Shown one piece after another: positions 38,071 through 50,214 of a stretch of 64,000 bases of DNA. The stretch covers positions 23,536-87,535 of the forward strand of contig JAQXEU010000025.1 in the NCBI GenBank assembly GCA_029250685.1, written 5' to 3'. The translations under genes and the position numbers were made by a program. The notes under the pieces are model-generated. The model did no database searches and had not been told where the DNA came from. It saw nothing but the letters and a program-made list of their open reading frames with translations. Numbering within the stretch: position 1 is the first letter of the stretch; each line of letters opens with the position of its first letter. This stretch comes from Polaribacter sp. Its GTDB lineage: Bacteria; Bacteroidota; Bacteroidia; Flavobacteriales; Flavobacteriaceae.

Positions 38071-39254
38071 TATTTTACACTCTTATTTAAAATATGTTTA
38101 ATCAAAACTCTATAAATATCTCTAACTTCTAAGGCTCCTTTTTCTGTATCAGAAGTATTCACAAAAACCACAATTCCATCTCCACTCTCTTTTAAAAAAT
38201 ATGCATGAGTTAAGACCCCAATATCACTACCACTATGCCCAATTTTTTCATTATCAACACTCCAAAATATTCCTTTTCTAAATTTATCCGAACTTGGGTT
38301 TTTCATCATAACTTTATAATCATTTGATGATAAAATATTGGCTTCACCAAAATATCCTTTAATCATAGTTAAAAAATAAACACTAAAATCATCAATATTT
38401 GTCATTAAATTACCATCTGGATACGTTATTAAGTCAGATGTTGGCATTAAAAAACCATACCAATATATAGAAGAAAAGTTTTTTAAATTACTTTTTTTAG
38501 ATGGCCAACCAGAGTTTTTCATTCTTAAAGGCTCCAAAATTTCTCTCTTAACAAAATCTTTATACTTAACACCAGTTGCTCTTTCAATAATTAAAGCAGC
38601 AATGTTTGCTCCCATGTTACTATATTTATACTTTGTTCCTGGTTTTGCATTCAAAAAATTATCATTACTATAATATTCTTCACCAACCTTATATTGCATT
38701 CTAATAAAATCTTCAAGAGACATCTTTACATTTGAATTAAACAAATCTACATATTCTTTTATTTCACTTTTCAAATCACCTTTTAATTGATTGTAAAAAG
38801 GAGGGATTTTCTTATCAAACACATATGTTTTATCATAATGTTTTCCATCTTTTAAACTAGAAGTGTGATTCGCTAATTGTTTAATTGTAATGACATCGCT
38901 TTTAAAATTTGGATTATACACTTTAAATGGCAAATGTTTATTGATATCGTCATTTAAATTTAACTTCCCTAGCTCCTGCGCTTTCATTAAAACAACTGCT
39001 AAAAAAGTTTTTGAAATAGACGCAATTGGTTGTACGGTTTTTGTTGTAAATAATGTTTTATTCTCTCTACTAGAAAAGCCAAAGCCTTTAGAATACAAAA
39101 CCTTATCTTTATTTAAAATAGCAACCGCAAAACCAGCCAAACTACTTTTCTTAAATAAAGCAGTTAATTCATTAGTTATAATTTCTTTATTATTTTGAGA
39201 ATAACCAATTGTTGTACAAAATAATGTAACTAGTAATAATCTTCTTTTTATCAT
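38070..39254 (-). CDS. Serine hydrolase (class C beta-lactamase/peptidase-like), secreted
   Basis: Signal peptide; SxxK (SISK), YSN, GHSG. Confidence 0.85.
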   Translation of the reverse strand: MIKRRLLLVTLFCTTIGYSQNNKEIITNELTALFKKSSLAGFAVAILNKDKVLYSKGFGFSSRENKTLFTTKTVQPIASISKTFLAVVLMKAQELGKLNLNDDINKHLPFKVYNPNFKSDVITIKQLANHTSSLKDGKHYDKTYVFDKKIPPFYNQLKGDLKSEIKEYVDLFNSNVKMSLEDFIRMQYKVGEEYYSNDNFLNAKPGTKYKYSNMGANIAALIIERATGVKYKDFVKREILEPLRMKNSGWPSKKSNLKNFSSIYWYGFLMPTSDLITYPDGNLMTNIDDFSVYFLTMIKGYFGEANILSSNDYKVMMKNPSSDKFRKGIFWSVDNEKIGHSGSDIGVLTHAYFLKESGDGIVVFVNTSDTEKGALEVRDIYRVLIKHILNKSVK

Positions 39255-39324
39255 TTTTAAAAAGCTTTATTTTTTTAGCTAAGGACGATTACATTTTTTA
39301 ATCGTGACATTATTATTAAAAAAA

Positions 39325-41718
39325 TTAATCCATTCCAATTGGCGAACCATCAGGGATTTTTGGTGATGCTACTTTCTTAAATACTGACGGATTCTTTTTA
39401 AATGCAGCAATACTTTTATCTAACTCTTTATCATACATTAATTGAACTCCTTTAGATCTTCTTGATCGCAATATTGAAGAAACTTCATCTAATTTAGAAT
39501 TTACTATTGCAGCAACCTGTTTGTACGTGTTTTTATTTGCTGCTAAATAAAATAATTGATTCAACACTTGCATATTTACCACATTTTGCAATTCTTGATA
39601 ATACGCATTTTTGTGTGATTTCTTAAAAGTGTTTTTAATCACTTCATCAATCATTTCTACTAATCCTAATTGAGAATTATCTAAACTTTTATGCAATACT
39701 AAACGTGCTGTTCTTTGTGGATGAAACAACAACTCTAAAGACATTTCTGAAGCAGTTTCTACTGCACCATAAGGATCAAACTCAACTCCCACTTTACTTT
39801 TAAACGATTCTCTTGTTCTTCCGTAACCAAATGCTCTTGGTGGAAATAATTCTAATTTTGAAGTCGGAATTGCAATCGTTTCTACATCAACAGTTTTTAA
39901 TAAAGTTGCAAGTGCTTTGCGCTCTTCAGATCCAGGAACTCTTTTTACAATAGTTTGCTTCCCTCCTTTTACAGCGTAGTTATAATCTAAACCTCCAATT
40001 ACTTTAGAAACCGCTTCAACTTGAAATCTATGCATAAAATATAACGGTACAAAAACATCTTCTAAAACTGAATATGGTTCATTACTTTTAATATTATCCG
40101 TAGAAAACTTATCAATGGCATTTTTTCTAATTGTTAATAATGAATTTAATTCATCAGAAACACTTTTGCCGTTATCCCATAAATGTGCAAATGCGTGTGC
40201 ACTTCCTTTAGATCTTGCATCTTGATCTGTGATATAACGCAATCCTTTTGCAAAAGCTGAGTTTAAAATATTCTGCAGTCCTTGCGCTTCATTATTTGTA
40301 AATTGTTGATACGAATAGGCAACAGTTACTTTGTCCCACTCTCCAATTCCAACTGCATATGCATTTGAAAAATCAATTTTTCCATTTTTCATTGAAAACT
40401 GCGGATGCGGATAATCCATTACAGAAGCTCTACCGTTTGTACTTGCAGCAAAATTATGTGCGAAACCAATTGTATGACCAACTTCGTGTGCTGACAATTG
40501 TCTAATTCTTGCCAAAGCCATTTCTAATGCAAATTTATCTTTTGCAGTATTCGTTGCATAAGGCGCTTGTAATGCTTGCGCTATTAAAAAATCTTGACGA
40601 ATTCTTAACGAACCTAAACTTACATGTCCTTTTATAATTTCTCCTGTTCTTGGATCAGAAATACTTCCACCATAACTCCAACCTCTTGTAGACCTATGAA
40701 CCCACTGAATTACATTGTATCTTAAATCTAACGGATCAGCATCTTTTGGTAACATTTTTACTTGAAAAGCGTTTCTGAACCCAGCAGCTTCAAAAGCTTG
40801 ATTCCACCATCTTGCGCCATCTAATAATGCAGATCTGACTGGCTCTGGAGTTCCTGGATCTAAATAATAAACAATTGGCTCAACAGCTTCGCTTATTGCT
40901 GCATTCGGGTTTTTCTTTTCTAATCTGTGTCGATAAATAAAACGCTTTGTTATTGATTGATTTACGGGTGTAGAATAATCCATATAAGACATTTGATACG
41001 AACCAGAACGCGGATCATAAACTCTTGGTTTGTATTTATTATCTGGTAATTCCACAAAAGAATGATGCTGATAAACAGTAACTGCAGTTGAATTTGGAGT
41101 TACCGATCTTAAATTCCTTCCTCTCGGACTTCCTTTAAAAGTAAGTAAAACATCAAATTCTACATTTTTTTTAAACGCTTTGGTTCTTTTTAAATTAAAA
41201 GCACTTCTAGATTTATCTACGTTATAGTTTCCTTCTCCACTTCTACTTAAAGTATTTGAAACACCAAAAGTATCTTGCATAAAAAAGGAAGTTGCATCTA
41301 CTAAATACGTGTTGTTTTTTTCTTCTTTAATCACAAAACCATGTAAAACCGATTTTGCAAACGCTTCTTTTATTGATTTTTTCTCTTCAACATTATCAGT
41401 CAAAGCTCTAAAACTCTGATTTGGTTGCATCAACAAAATTTTGTTTCCTGCTTTTCTAAAAAACACTACAGCTCCGCCACCAAGTTTCCCTCTATCTAAC
41501 CCAATATCATTTGAACCAACTCCTTCAGAAAGCGCATTTACATATAAGAACTCACTTTCTAATTTTGAGATTTCTAAAAATATTTTGTCTTTACCACTAT
41601 CATAATAGAAATTAAAATAGCCTTCGTACTTTGTAATGTTTTTTTTGTCTTTGAAAAACTGTGAAAAACACGTTTGTTGTACAAATACAAAAAGTAATAA
41701 AATGGTTAGTTTTTTCAT
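39325..41718 (-). CDS. Secreted zinc metalloprotease (EcxA-like metzincin, DUF5117/5118 architecture)
   Basis: HEVGHTIGFAH (HExxHxxGxxH) and SVMDY Met-turn. Confidence 0.88.
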   Translation of the reverse strand: MKKLTILLLFVFVQQTCFSQFFKDKKNITKYEGYFNFYYDSGKDKIFLEISKLESEFLYVNALSEGVGSNDIGLDRGKLGGGAVVFFRKAGNKILLMQPNQSFRALTDNVEEKKSIKEAFAKSVLHGFVIKEEKNNTYLVDATSFFMQDTFGVSNTLSRSGEGNYNVDKSRSAFNLKRTKAFKKNVEFDVLLTFKGSPRGRNLRSVTPNSTAVTVYQHHSFVELPDNKYKPRVYDPRSGSYQMSYMDYSTPVNQSITKRFIYRHRLEKKNPNAAISEAVEPIVYYLDPGTPEPVRSALLDGARWWNQAFEAAGFRNAFQVKMLPKDADPLDLRYNVIQWVHRSTRGWSYGGSISDPRTGEIIKGHVSLGSLRIRQDFLIAQALQAPYATNTAKDKFALEMALARIRQLSAHEVGHTIGFAHNFAASTNGRASVMDYPHPQFSMKNGKIDFSNAYAVGIGEWDKVTVAYSYQQFTNNEAQGLQNILNSAFAKGLRYITDQDARSKGSAHAFAHLWDNGKSVSDELNSLLTIRKNAIDKFSTDNIKSNEPYSVLEDVFVPLYFMHRFQVEAVSKVIGGLDYNYAVKGGKQTIVKRVPGSEERKALATLLKTVDVETIAIPTSKLELFPPRAFGYGRTRESFKSKVGVEFDPYGAVETASEMSLELLFHPQRTARLVLHKSLDNSQLGLVEMIDEVIKNTFKKSHKNAYYQELQNVVNMQVLNQLFYLAANKNTYKQVAAIVNSKLDEVSSILRSRRSKGVQLMYDKELDKSIAAFKKNPSVFKKVASPKIPDGSPIGMD

Positions 41719-41814
41719 GATTAAAAGATTTTCTATAAAACTATAAAATATTGACGAGAAATAAGATTGATTAAAATATTAAATCATAATTTTTAACTTA
41801 TTTTTGCTTTATCT

Positions 41815-42927
41815 ATGATTACACAAGACCAAATTAAAAATATTGCTGATAGAATTTCCAAACTTAAAGACTATTTAAACATAGATCAGAAGTTGATAGA
41901 AATTACCAATGATGAAGAAAAAACCATCGCTCCTGACTTTTGGAATACCCCAAAGGAAGCGGAAGTTTTTATGAAAGAATTGAGATTGAAGAAAAAATGG
42001 GTGGATGATTACAATTCGGTTGTTAATTTACTAGAAGATGTTAATGTTTTAGTTGATTTTTATAAAGAAGATGAAGTTTCAGAAGAAGAAGTTGTAGCGC
42101 AATTTTCTAAAACCGAAGAGTTGCTAGAAACCATAGAATTTAGAAATATGCTTTCTGAAGAGGGTGATAATTTATCTGCTGTAATTCAAATTACTGCTGG
42201 CGCTGGCGGAACAGAAAGTTGTGATTGGGCAGAAATGTTGATGAGAATGTACATGATGTGGGCTGAGAAGAATGGATTAAAAATTAAAGAATTGAATTAT
42301 CAAAGTGGAGATGCTGCAGGAATTAAAACTGTAACCTTAGAGTTTGATGGAGATTATGCTTTTGGTTGGTTAAAAGGAGAAAACGGCGTACATCGATTAG
42401 TAAGAATTTCACCTTTTGATAGCAATGCAAAAAGGCATACTTCATTTGCATCTGTTTATGTATATCCTGTAGCTGATGATTCTATTGAAGTTGAAATAAA
42501 TCCTGCTGATATTGAAATAACTACTGCGAGATCTAGTGGAGCTGGAGGGCAAAATGTAAATAAAGTTGAAACCAAAGTTCAACTAACACACAAACCAACT
42601 GGAATTCAAATTCAATGTTCTAATTCAAGATCTCAACACGATAATAGAGCAACTGCTTTAAAAATGCTAAAATCGCAATTGTACGAAATAGAATTACAAA
42701 AAAGACAAGCAGCAAGAGCTGACATTGAAGCTGGAAAAATGAAAAACGAATGGGGAAGTCAAATCAGAAATTATGTAATGCATCCTTATAAGTTAGTGAA
42801 AGATGTTAGAACTGCTCACGAAACTGGAAATGTAGATGCAGTTATGAATGGCGATATTGATGCTTTTCTAAAAGCTTTTTTAATGAAAAACGGGCAAAAC
42901 GACAACGATTTAAATCAGTTTCTATAG
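41815..42927 (+). CDS. prfB: Peptide chain release factor 2, uninterrupted frame
   Basis: [21 protein letters not shown] (SPF), [10 protein letters not shown] (GGQ); TATTTTTG promoter at 41799-41806. Confidence 0.97.
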   Translation: MITQDQIKNIADRISKLKDYLNIDQKLIEITNDEEKTIAPDFWNTPKEAEVFMKELRLKKKWVDDYNSVVNLLEDVNVLVDFYKEDEVSEEEVVAQFSKTEELLETIEFRNMLSEEGDNLSAVIQITAGAGGTESCDWAEMLMRMYMMWAEKNGLKIKELNYQSGDAAGIKTVTLEFDGDYAFGWLKGENGVHRLVRISPFDSNAKRHTSFASVYVYPVADDSIEVEINPADIEITTARSSGAGGQNVNKVETKVQLTHKPTGIQIQCSNSRSQHDNRATALKMLKSQLYEIELQKRQAARADIEAGKMKNEWGSQIRNYVMHPYKLVKDVRTAHETGNVDAVMNGDIDAFLKAFLMKNGQNDNDLNQFL

Positions 42928-43032
42928 TAGGTTTTTATCTAACTATATAGAATATTTATATCATTTAACTGCTTCAATTAACTATAATAACTATTTTTGT
43001 TTAAACTTAAAAGTAAAACATTAAACATTATT

Positions 43033-43371
43033 ATGCTAATATATCATAACCCTCGTTGTAGTAAATCTAGACAAGCTCTTAATTTATTAGAGAAATCCGG
43101 GAAAGAATTTCAAATTATTAAATATTTAGAGAATCCACTTACAAAAGATCAACTTACCGAAATTATTACACTTTTAAACATCAAACCAATAGATTTGGTT
43201 AGGAAAAACGAATTGATCTGGAAAGAGAATTATAAAGGAAAACAATTATCAGATTCAGAAATAATTGAAGCTATGATTCAAAACCCAAAACTTATTGAAA
43301 GACCTATTGTCATTAACAATGATAAAGCTGCAATTGGAAGGCCATTAGAAAACATCACCAATATTATTTAA
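43033..43371 (+). CDS. arsC: ArsC/Spx family (glutaredoxin-type arsenate reductase-like); start ATG 43033
   Basis: YHNPRCSKSR and KLIERPI motifs. Confidence 0.88.
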   Translation: MLIYHNPRCSKSRQALNLLEKSGKEFQIIKYLENPLTKDQLTEIITLLNIKPIDLVRKNELIWKENYKGKQLSDSEIIEAMIQNPKLIERPIVINNDKAAIGRPLENITNII

Positions 43372-43484
43372 TATTTTAAAGACTTAAAAAGTAACTTTTT
43401 TTCTTTAACAGAAGTTTAACAACCCTCAATTTAAACCAATTTATAAACATAGAGCCTTATGTTTTCAAATTATTAATCAAACTA

Positions 43485-45911
43485 ATGAAAAAATCAATTT
43501 TAATTTTAATTTGCCTTTTTAGTATATCAGCAATTATTGCACAAAGGCCTGCACAAGCAAAAACTTTTTCTGTATCTGGAAAAGTAATCGACAAAGACAC
43601 TAAAGAGCCTTTAGAGTATGCAACTGTTGTTTTAAAAAACATAAAAGATAATAAATTAAGTGGTGGAATTACAGATGGAAAAGGTGAGTTTTTTATCAAA
43701 ATAGCAGGTGGAACTTACGACATTAGCGTTGAGTTTATTTCTTTTAAAACAGTAAACTTTAAAAACACAACTATAGATAAAGACATCAAACTTGGAACTG
43801 TAATTTTATCTGAAGATGGTCAAGTTTTAGATGAAGTCAATATCATTCCAGAGAAATCTACCGTAGATATTCGTTTAGATAAGAAAATTTACAATGTTGG
43901 TAAAGACATGACTGTGAAAGGTGGAAGTGTTTCTGACGTTTTAGACAATGTACCTTCTGTGAGTGTAGATGTTGAAGGAGCAGTTAGTTTAAGAGGAAAT
44001 GAAAATGTTAGAATTCTAATTGACGGAAAACCTTCTTCTTTAGTTGGATTAGACGGCGCAAGTGCTTTACGTCAATTACCAGCTGATGCAATAGAAAGAG
44101 TTGAAGTTATTACTTCTCCTTCTGCAAGATATGATGCTGAAGGAACTGCTGGTATTATAAATATTATTCTAAGAAAAGGAAAAGTAACTGGTTTTAACGG
44201 ATCTATTAATCCGTCTATTGGAAATCCAACTCAATACGGAATCTCAACAAACTTAAATTATAGAACTAAAAAATACAATCTGTTTACAAATTCAGGATAT
44301 AGTTATAGAGATGGACCTGGAAACAGCATCAACAACTCTACTTACTTTGATAATTCTGGTAATATAACTGGCTATTTAAATGAGTTAAGAAACAACAATA
44401 GATTACGTAAAGGCTTTAATACTAGCTTTGGAATGGAGTATTATATCAATGATAATAGTTCTATTTTAGGAAATGTAGTGATTAGAAAATCTGATGGAGA
44501 AAACACCTCTTCAAACAATGTGGAAGTTTTTGATGCATCAAATTCTCTAACAGACACTAGAACTAGAAACGAAAATGAATTATCATATTCTAAATCATTT
44601 CAATATTCTATCAATTACACAAATAAACTAAATGATACCGGTAAAAAACTAACAATAGATTTACAATACAGTAAAAGTGATCAAGACGAGACCGGAACAA
44701 TTTTTCAAAACAGTGCGTTTGTAGAAGATAATAATACTATTCAGAATTCTGAAAGGAAACTTTTTCAGATTGATTATGTTTTCCCTAAAGAAGATGGTTC
44801 ACAAATAGAACTTGGCTATAGAGCTAATTTAGAAAAATCAAATTCTGATTATAAAAATACACCTATTATACCATACACAAACCCTTTACTTGATCCATCT
44901 AATAATTTAGAATTTACACAAAATGTGTATGCTTTTTATGGTCAATATGGAAAAAAACATGATAAATTTTCTTATTTATTAGGATTAAGAGGAGAATTAA
45001 CAGACCAAAAAATTAATCTACTTACAACTAACGAAAACTATGATAAATCTTATATTGGTTTGTTTCCAACTGTGAATTTAGGTTATGAATTAAATGACAC
45101 AGAAAGTATAACTGTTGGATACAGTAAAAGATTAAGAAGACCAAGATCTTACTTTTTAAATCCGTTTGAATCTAGAAGTTCTGAAACAAACATTTTTAAA
45201 GGTAATGTAAGTTTAGATCCTACTTATACGAATTCATTTGATGTTGGTTATTTAAAAAGGTTTAAAAAAGTAACTTTAAACTCATCAATATATTACCGTC
45301 ATTCAACAGGGATCTATCAATTCATCAGTCAAGAAAGAGGAGATTTTGTAAATGGGATTCCGGTGATTGTTAGATCTCCAATTAATTTATCATCTGAAGA
45401 TAGATATGGATTTGAGTTTAACACAAACTATAACGTTTCTAAAAAAATGAGCTTTTCAGGAAGTTTTAATTTTTACGGATTCGAAACTGTTGGAACTTTA
45501 AACAATATAGATTTCGGAAATAAAGATTCTAACTGGTCTGCAAGATTAAACGCTAGAATTACATTACCAGGAAATGTTCAGTGGCAAACAAGAATGTCTT
45601 ATAGAGGCGGTCAAAATAATGCACAAAGCACACAAGATGGAATTTTTAGCGCAAACTTAGCTTTTAGTAAAGATTTATTTAAAGACAACGGAACAATGGT
45701 TTTAAATATCAGTGATGTTTTAAACTCAAGAAAACGTAAAGGATATTCTTACACACCGAACTCTTCTACTTACGGAGAAAATCAATGGAGACAAAGACAA
45801 GTTTCTTTAAGTTTTGTGTATCGATTCAATCAAAAGAAAAACCAAAGACAACAAAGAACTCCTCAACAAAACAATGATTTTGAAGAAGGCGGAGAAGGAT
45901 TTGGAAAATAA
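43485..45911 (+). CDS. TonB-dependent receptor / outer-membrane beta-barrel
   Basis: Signal peptide, N-terminal carboxypeptidase-regulatory-like domain, plug motifs (PSVSVDVEG, IERVEVITSPSARYDAEG), barrel. Confidence 0.9.
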   Translation: MKKSILILICLFSISAIIAQRPAQAKTFSVSGKVIDKDTKEPLEYATVVLKNIKDNKLSGGITDGKGEFFIKIAGGTYDISVEFISFKTVNFKNTTIDKDIKLGTVILSEDGQVLDEVNIIPEKSTVDIRLDKKIYNVGKDMTVKGGSVSDVLDNVPSVSVDVEGAVSLRGNENVRILIDGKPSSLVGLDGASALRQLPADAIERVEVITSPSARYDAEGTAGIINIILRKGKVTGFNGSINPSIGNPTQYGISTNLNYRTKKYNLFTNSGYSYRDGPGNSINNSTYFDNSGNITGYLNELRNNNRLRKGFNTSFGMEYYINDNSSILGNVVIRKSDGENTSSNNVEVFDASNSLTDTRTRNENELSYSKSFQYSINYTNKLNDTGKKLTIDLQYSKSDQDETGTIFQNSAFVEDNNTIQNSERKLFQIDYVFPKEDGSQIELGYRANLEKSNSDYKNTPIIPYTNPLLDPSNNLEFTQNVYAFYGQYGKKHDKFSYLLGLRGELTDQKINLLTTNENYDKSYIGLFPTVNLGYELNDTESITVGYSKRLRRPRSYFLNPFESRSSETNIFKGNVSLDPTYTNSFDVGYLKRFKKVTLNSSIYYRHSTGIYQFISQERGDFVNGIPVIVRSPINLSSEDRYGFEFNTNYNVSKKMSFSGSFNFYGFETVGTLNNIDFGNKDSNWSARLNARITLPGNVQWQTRMSYRGGQNNAQSTQDGIFSANLAFSKDLFKDNGTMVLNISDVLNSRKRKGYSYTPNSSTYGENQWRQRQVSLSFVYRFNQKKNQRQQRTPQQNNDFEEGGEGFGK

Positions 45912-45931
45912 TTTGACTAAATATTAAAACT

Positions 45932-45967
45932 AAAAAAGGGTTTGCAATAATTTGCAAACCCTTTTTT
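45932..45967. terminator. Bidirectional terminator
   Basis: A6-GGGTTTGCAA...TTGCAAACCC-T6. Confidence 0.85.
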
Positions 45968-45990
45968 CTTAAATATGTTTTTTAAAACTA

Positions 45991-46161
45991 CTATTTATCA
46001 GCAGCTTTTTTAGCTTCTCTCTTTAATTTCATATTTTCCCAAATTGTACCACCAATCCAGTAAGGAACAACAAATGTTAATAAGAAAATTAACAACCAAA
46101 ATCCAGCTGTAAAAATAAACATGAATAATAAAAAACCTGAAAATTCTGAAAAATCTAACAT
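45991..46161 (-). CDS. 56-aa small membrane protein missed by the ORF track
   Basis: MLDFSEFSGFLLFMFIFTAGFWLLIFLLTFVVPYWIGGTIWENMKLKREAKKAADK; own TATTTTTG promoter (46196-46189) and terminator. Confidence 0.75.
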   Translation of the reverse strand: MLDFSEFSGFLLFMFIFTAGFWLLIFLLTFVVPYWIGGTIWENMKLKREAKKAADK

Positions 46162-46317
46162 TTGTGTTTCTTTATATAATTAATGCTACAAAAATAATAC
46201 ATATTTTCAATGTAGACTAATATTTGAAAATAATTTTAAACAAGTATTTTATGTTTTTGTTGATAACTGATTGTGATACTTTTAGTAATTTTGTACTAGC
46301 AAAAAAACTACACAAAA

Positions 46318-47715
46318 ATGAAATACAGAATAGAAAAAGATACAATGGGGCAAGTAAAAGTTCCTGCGGATAAATATTGGGGAGCACAAACAGAAAGATC
46401 AAGAAACAATTTTAAAATTGGACCTTCTGCATCAATGCCTTTAGAAATTGTTTACGGATTTGCTTACTTAAAAAAGGCTGCTGCATATACAAATTGCGAT
46501 TTAGGTGTTTTAACTTCTGAAAAAAGAGATTTAATTGCCCTAGTTTGTGAAGAAATTTTAGCAGGTAAGCATGATGATCAATTTCCTTTAGTAATTTGGC
46601 AAACAGGCTCTGGAACACAATCTAACATGAACTGTAATGAAGTGATTGCAAATAGAGCTCACGAAATTGCAGGAAATATTATTGGGGAGGGCGAAAAAAC
46701 GATTCAACCTAATGATGATGTAAATAAATCGCAATCATCTAATGATACTTTTCCAACAGGAATGCATATTGCTGCATACAAGAAAATTGTAGAAGTTACA
46801 ATTCCTGGAGTTGAACAATTACGTGATACTTTACAAGAAAAATCAGAAGCATTTAAAGATGTCGTAAAAATTGGAAGAACGCATTTAATGGATGCTACTC
46901 CACTTACTCTTGGTCAAGAGTTTTCTGGTTATGTTGCACAGTTAAACTTCGGATTAAAAGCACTAAAGAATTCATTAGAACATCTTTCTCAATTAGCTTT
47001 AGGTGGAACTGCAGTTGGAACAGGATTAAATACTCCAGCTGGTTACGATGTTTTGGTTGCAAAATATATTGCTGAATTTACAGGTTTCCCTTTTGTAACT
47101 GCAGAAAATAAATTTGAAGCGTTAGCTGCACACGATGCATTTGTTGAAACTCACGGTTCTTTAAAACAATTAGCCGTTTCAATAAATAAAATTGCAAATG
47201 ATATTAGAATGATGGCTTCTGGACCACGTTCAGGGATTGGAGAATTGATAATTCCAGCAAACGAACCAGGAAGCTCAATTATGCCAGGAAAAGTAAATCC
47301 AACACAAGCAGAAGCAATCACAATGGTTTGTGCACAAGTTATGGGTAATGATGTTGCTGTAACTGTTGGTGGAACTCAAGGTCATTATGAATTAAATGTC
47401 TTTAAACCGATGATGGCTACAAATGTTTTACAATCTGCTCAATTAATTGGAGATGCTTGTATTTCTTTTGACATAAATTGTGCTAGTGGAATTGAACCAA
47501 ATCATAGAAGGATTACTGAATTAGTAAATAATTCTTTAATGTTAGTGACTGCTTTAAATACAAAGATTGGTTATTACAAAGCTGCTGAAATTGCAAACAC
47601 AGCACATACTAATGGAACAACTCTTAAAATAGAAGCTGTAAGATTAGGCTATGTTACAGCAGAAGAATATGATGAATGGGTGAAACCAGAAAAGATGACA
47701 GGAGGTTTAAAATAA
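46318..47715 (+). CDS. fumC: Fumarate hydratase class II
   Basis: [40 protein letters not shown]. Confidence 0.97.
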   Translation: MKYRIEKDTMGQVKVPADKYWGAQTERSRNNFKIGPSASMPLEIVYGFAYLKKAAAYTNCDLGVLTSEKRDLIALVCEEILAGKHDDQFPLVIWQTGSGTQSNMNCNEVIANRAHEIAGNIIGEGEKTIQPNDDVNKSQSSNDTFPTGMHIAAYKKIVEVTIPGVEQLRDTLQEKSEAFKDVVKIGRTHLMDATPLTLGQEFSGYVAQLNFGLKALKNSLEHLSQLALGGTAVGTGLNTPAGYDVLVAKYIAEFTGFPFVTAENKFEALAAHDAFVETHGSLKQLAVSINKIANDIRMMASGPRSGIGELIIPANEPGSSIMPGKVNPTQAEAITMVCAQVMGNDVAVTVGGTQGHYELNVFKPMMATNVLQSAQLIGDACISFDINCASGIEPNHRRITELVNNSLMLVTALNTKIGYYKAAEIANTAHTNGTTLKIEAVRLGYVTAEEYDEWVKPEKMTGGLK

Positions 47716-47730
47716 ATTAAATCTTAATAG

Positions 47731-47757
47731 AAAAAAGACCATTTAAAGGTCTTTTTT
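47731..47757. terminator. Bidirectional terminator
   Basis: A6-GACC-ATTTAAA-GGTC-T6. Confidence 0.75.
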
Positions 47758-47760
47758 CTA

Positions 47761-50209
47761 TTAAGATTTAGGCTTTAGTAAGTTTATTATTTTAGTTAAA
47801 AAAAATTCTTTTTCATCTTCCTGATGGTAACCGTTACCATATTTTCCATATCCATAACCGTATCCGTATTTTCCTTCTGAAGAGAAATCATTTAAAACAT
47901 AACTAATATTAGTGACTTCTTTATTTATGTATTTATCATCAATCATTTTCATCATTCCTTTTTCAGAATAGTTTTGACGAATTACATAAATAATTGCATC
48001 TGCATATTTAAACAACTCTAATGCGTCAGAAACTAAACCAATTGGAGGCGAATCAATAATTACATAATCGTATTTACTATGTAAATACTTTATCATTTCA
48101 ACAGTTTTATCACTAATTAAAAGCTCTGATGGATTTGGAGGAATCGGTCCTGATAAAATTAAATCTAAATTAGGTATATGTGTTTTATTAATAACTTCTT
48201 CTAAAGAACTCTGTCCAATCAGGAAGTTTACTACACCTCTGTCATTCTCTAATTCAAAATCTGAAAATATTTTTGGCTTTCTTAAATCTAATCCAACCAA
48301 AACAGTTTTCTTACCACTTAAAGCAAATACAGAAGCCATATTAATAGAAATCATTGTTTTTCCTTCACCACTTACAGATGACGTTAGTAACAATGTCTTA
48401 TTATTCGAATTGATGTTTTCATTTTTAAATAAAAACTGAATATTAGACCTTAAAGCTCTAAAAGATTCAGCTACTGATGATTTAGGTCTTTCAAAAACCG
48501 CTAAATTATTTCTCCAATTATTTCGTCCTACAACCCCTAAAACAGGAATTGAATAAGTGTTCTCTATCTCCTCAACTGTATGAATTTTGTTATCGATAAT
48601 TCCAGCAATTATAATATAAAAAAGCGGTAATATAATACTTAGAGATAAAGCTATCATATAATTAAAAGAAGAAATAGGATAAATTGGTGCATTTCCTAAA
48701 TCTTTTGCTGTATCAATTATTTTCACATCAGAAACATTTGCCGCAATTGCAGTACCCGCTTCATAACTTTTCTGTTTTAAATAATTGTAATTAGCTTCAG
48801 ACATTTTATAACTTCTTTCAAAAGCAATTAATGTTTGCTCTTTTTGAGGTAAAGTTTTTTGCTTGCCAGAAGTAACTAATAATCTTTTATTTATTTTTTG
48901 TAAATCACTAGTTAATTTTATTTGTAAATTTCTAATATTTTCTAAAAGAATTTTCTTTGTAGTTCTAATGTCATTTTCTAACGCAATAATATCTGGGTGA
49001 ACATCTGTTAATTCTCCTCTCAACTTTTCTCTTACTGTAGTTTTGCTAATTAATTCACCAACTTGAAGAGGAATCTTACCATCAGCGATTTGAATTATTG
49101 CAGGTACAGGAATACTATTAAATTTTTTATGAGTAATAACATATGATCTAAGACTATCTAATCCTTCAATATTATTTGTTAGAGTTCTTTCTTTCTCATC
49201 TAAATTTGTGATTTCTTCTAGTATTTTAGCCCCTTGGGTAGATAAATCATAAATGTTATTTTTTGACTTGAACTTACTTAGTTCTTTTTCTAGGATTTTT
49301 AAGCTATCTGATTCTTTATTAAATAAATTATTTATATAATTTTGTGTGTTTTCAGCATAAGCAATTTTAGCGAATTTTTTATCTTTTTCTAATACTTTCA
49401 CAGAAGCGTTAAGATAATCTGCAATTCTATTTTTATTAGAACCACTAAGCTTTAACTCAAGTATTGAAGCACCGTCTGTTAAATCTGCAACACCAATTCC
49501 TCTATATCTTTTTACTGTATTATCAAAATTATTAAAACTAATAAAATAAGATTCATCTTGTGCTATTCCATCTACAGAGTTGATGGTGAAGTTTAAAAAA
49601 GGAGTAATAATCTTTTCCACTGAATTATATTCTCCTGAAAAACTTAATTGGTCTGTCTTATAATTACTAAATAGGTTTCCAGTACCAGCTTTTAAAATAT
49701 CATTAGTGTAAGTAATTAACTTATTAGCTCCTTCTTCATTAAAATCAAAGGAAATTTTATATCGATCATTACTTAAAGGCTCAATTTTAATTAATTTACT
49801 ATACAATTGAGGGCTGTCAAAATCAATTTTAATATCAAAAGGTGTTTTACCATAAACATCTTCTAACCTATATTTACCATCCTTAAAGTAACCAATATAA
49901 AACTGTAATGAATCAACAACTTTTTCATTATGAGTTCTTGACCCTAAAATAACTTTCACTGTTCCAATTGCATCACTTTCCCCTCCCCAGTTAAAAGCAA
50001 TATTAGTTCCTGTAGAAAATAGCGGATTATTTTCTTCTTTAACACTAATAACAGTATTTAAACTATAAATTTTCTCATTGTAACCATTCAAAAATCTAGC
50101 AACAATAAGTCCTATAACAATAGTAACTACAAACAGTTGCCAATAAGATAAAATAGTAAATGCATAGAGGCTTTTGCTGATTATTATCTGAATTGTTATT
50201 TATACTCAT
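47761..50209 (-). pseudogene. wzc: Wzc-like polysaccharide co-polymerase / BY-kinase with a 5' frameshift
   Basis: Walker A SGEGKT, Walker B IIDSPP, Tyr-rich tail; ATG 50209 frame stops after 37 codons; TM1 (YWQLFVVTIVIGLIVARF) lies in the main frame upstream of TTG 50091. Confidence 0.8.
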
Positions 50210-50214
50210 AAATT

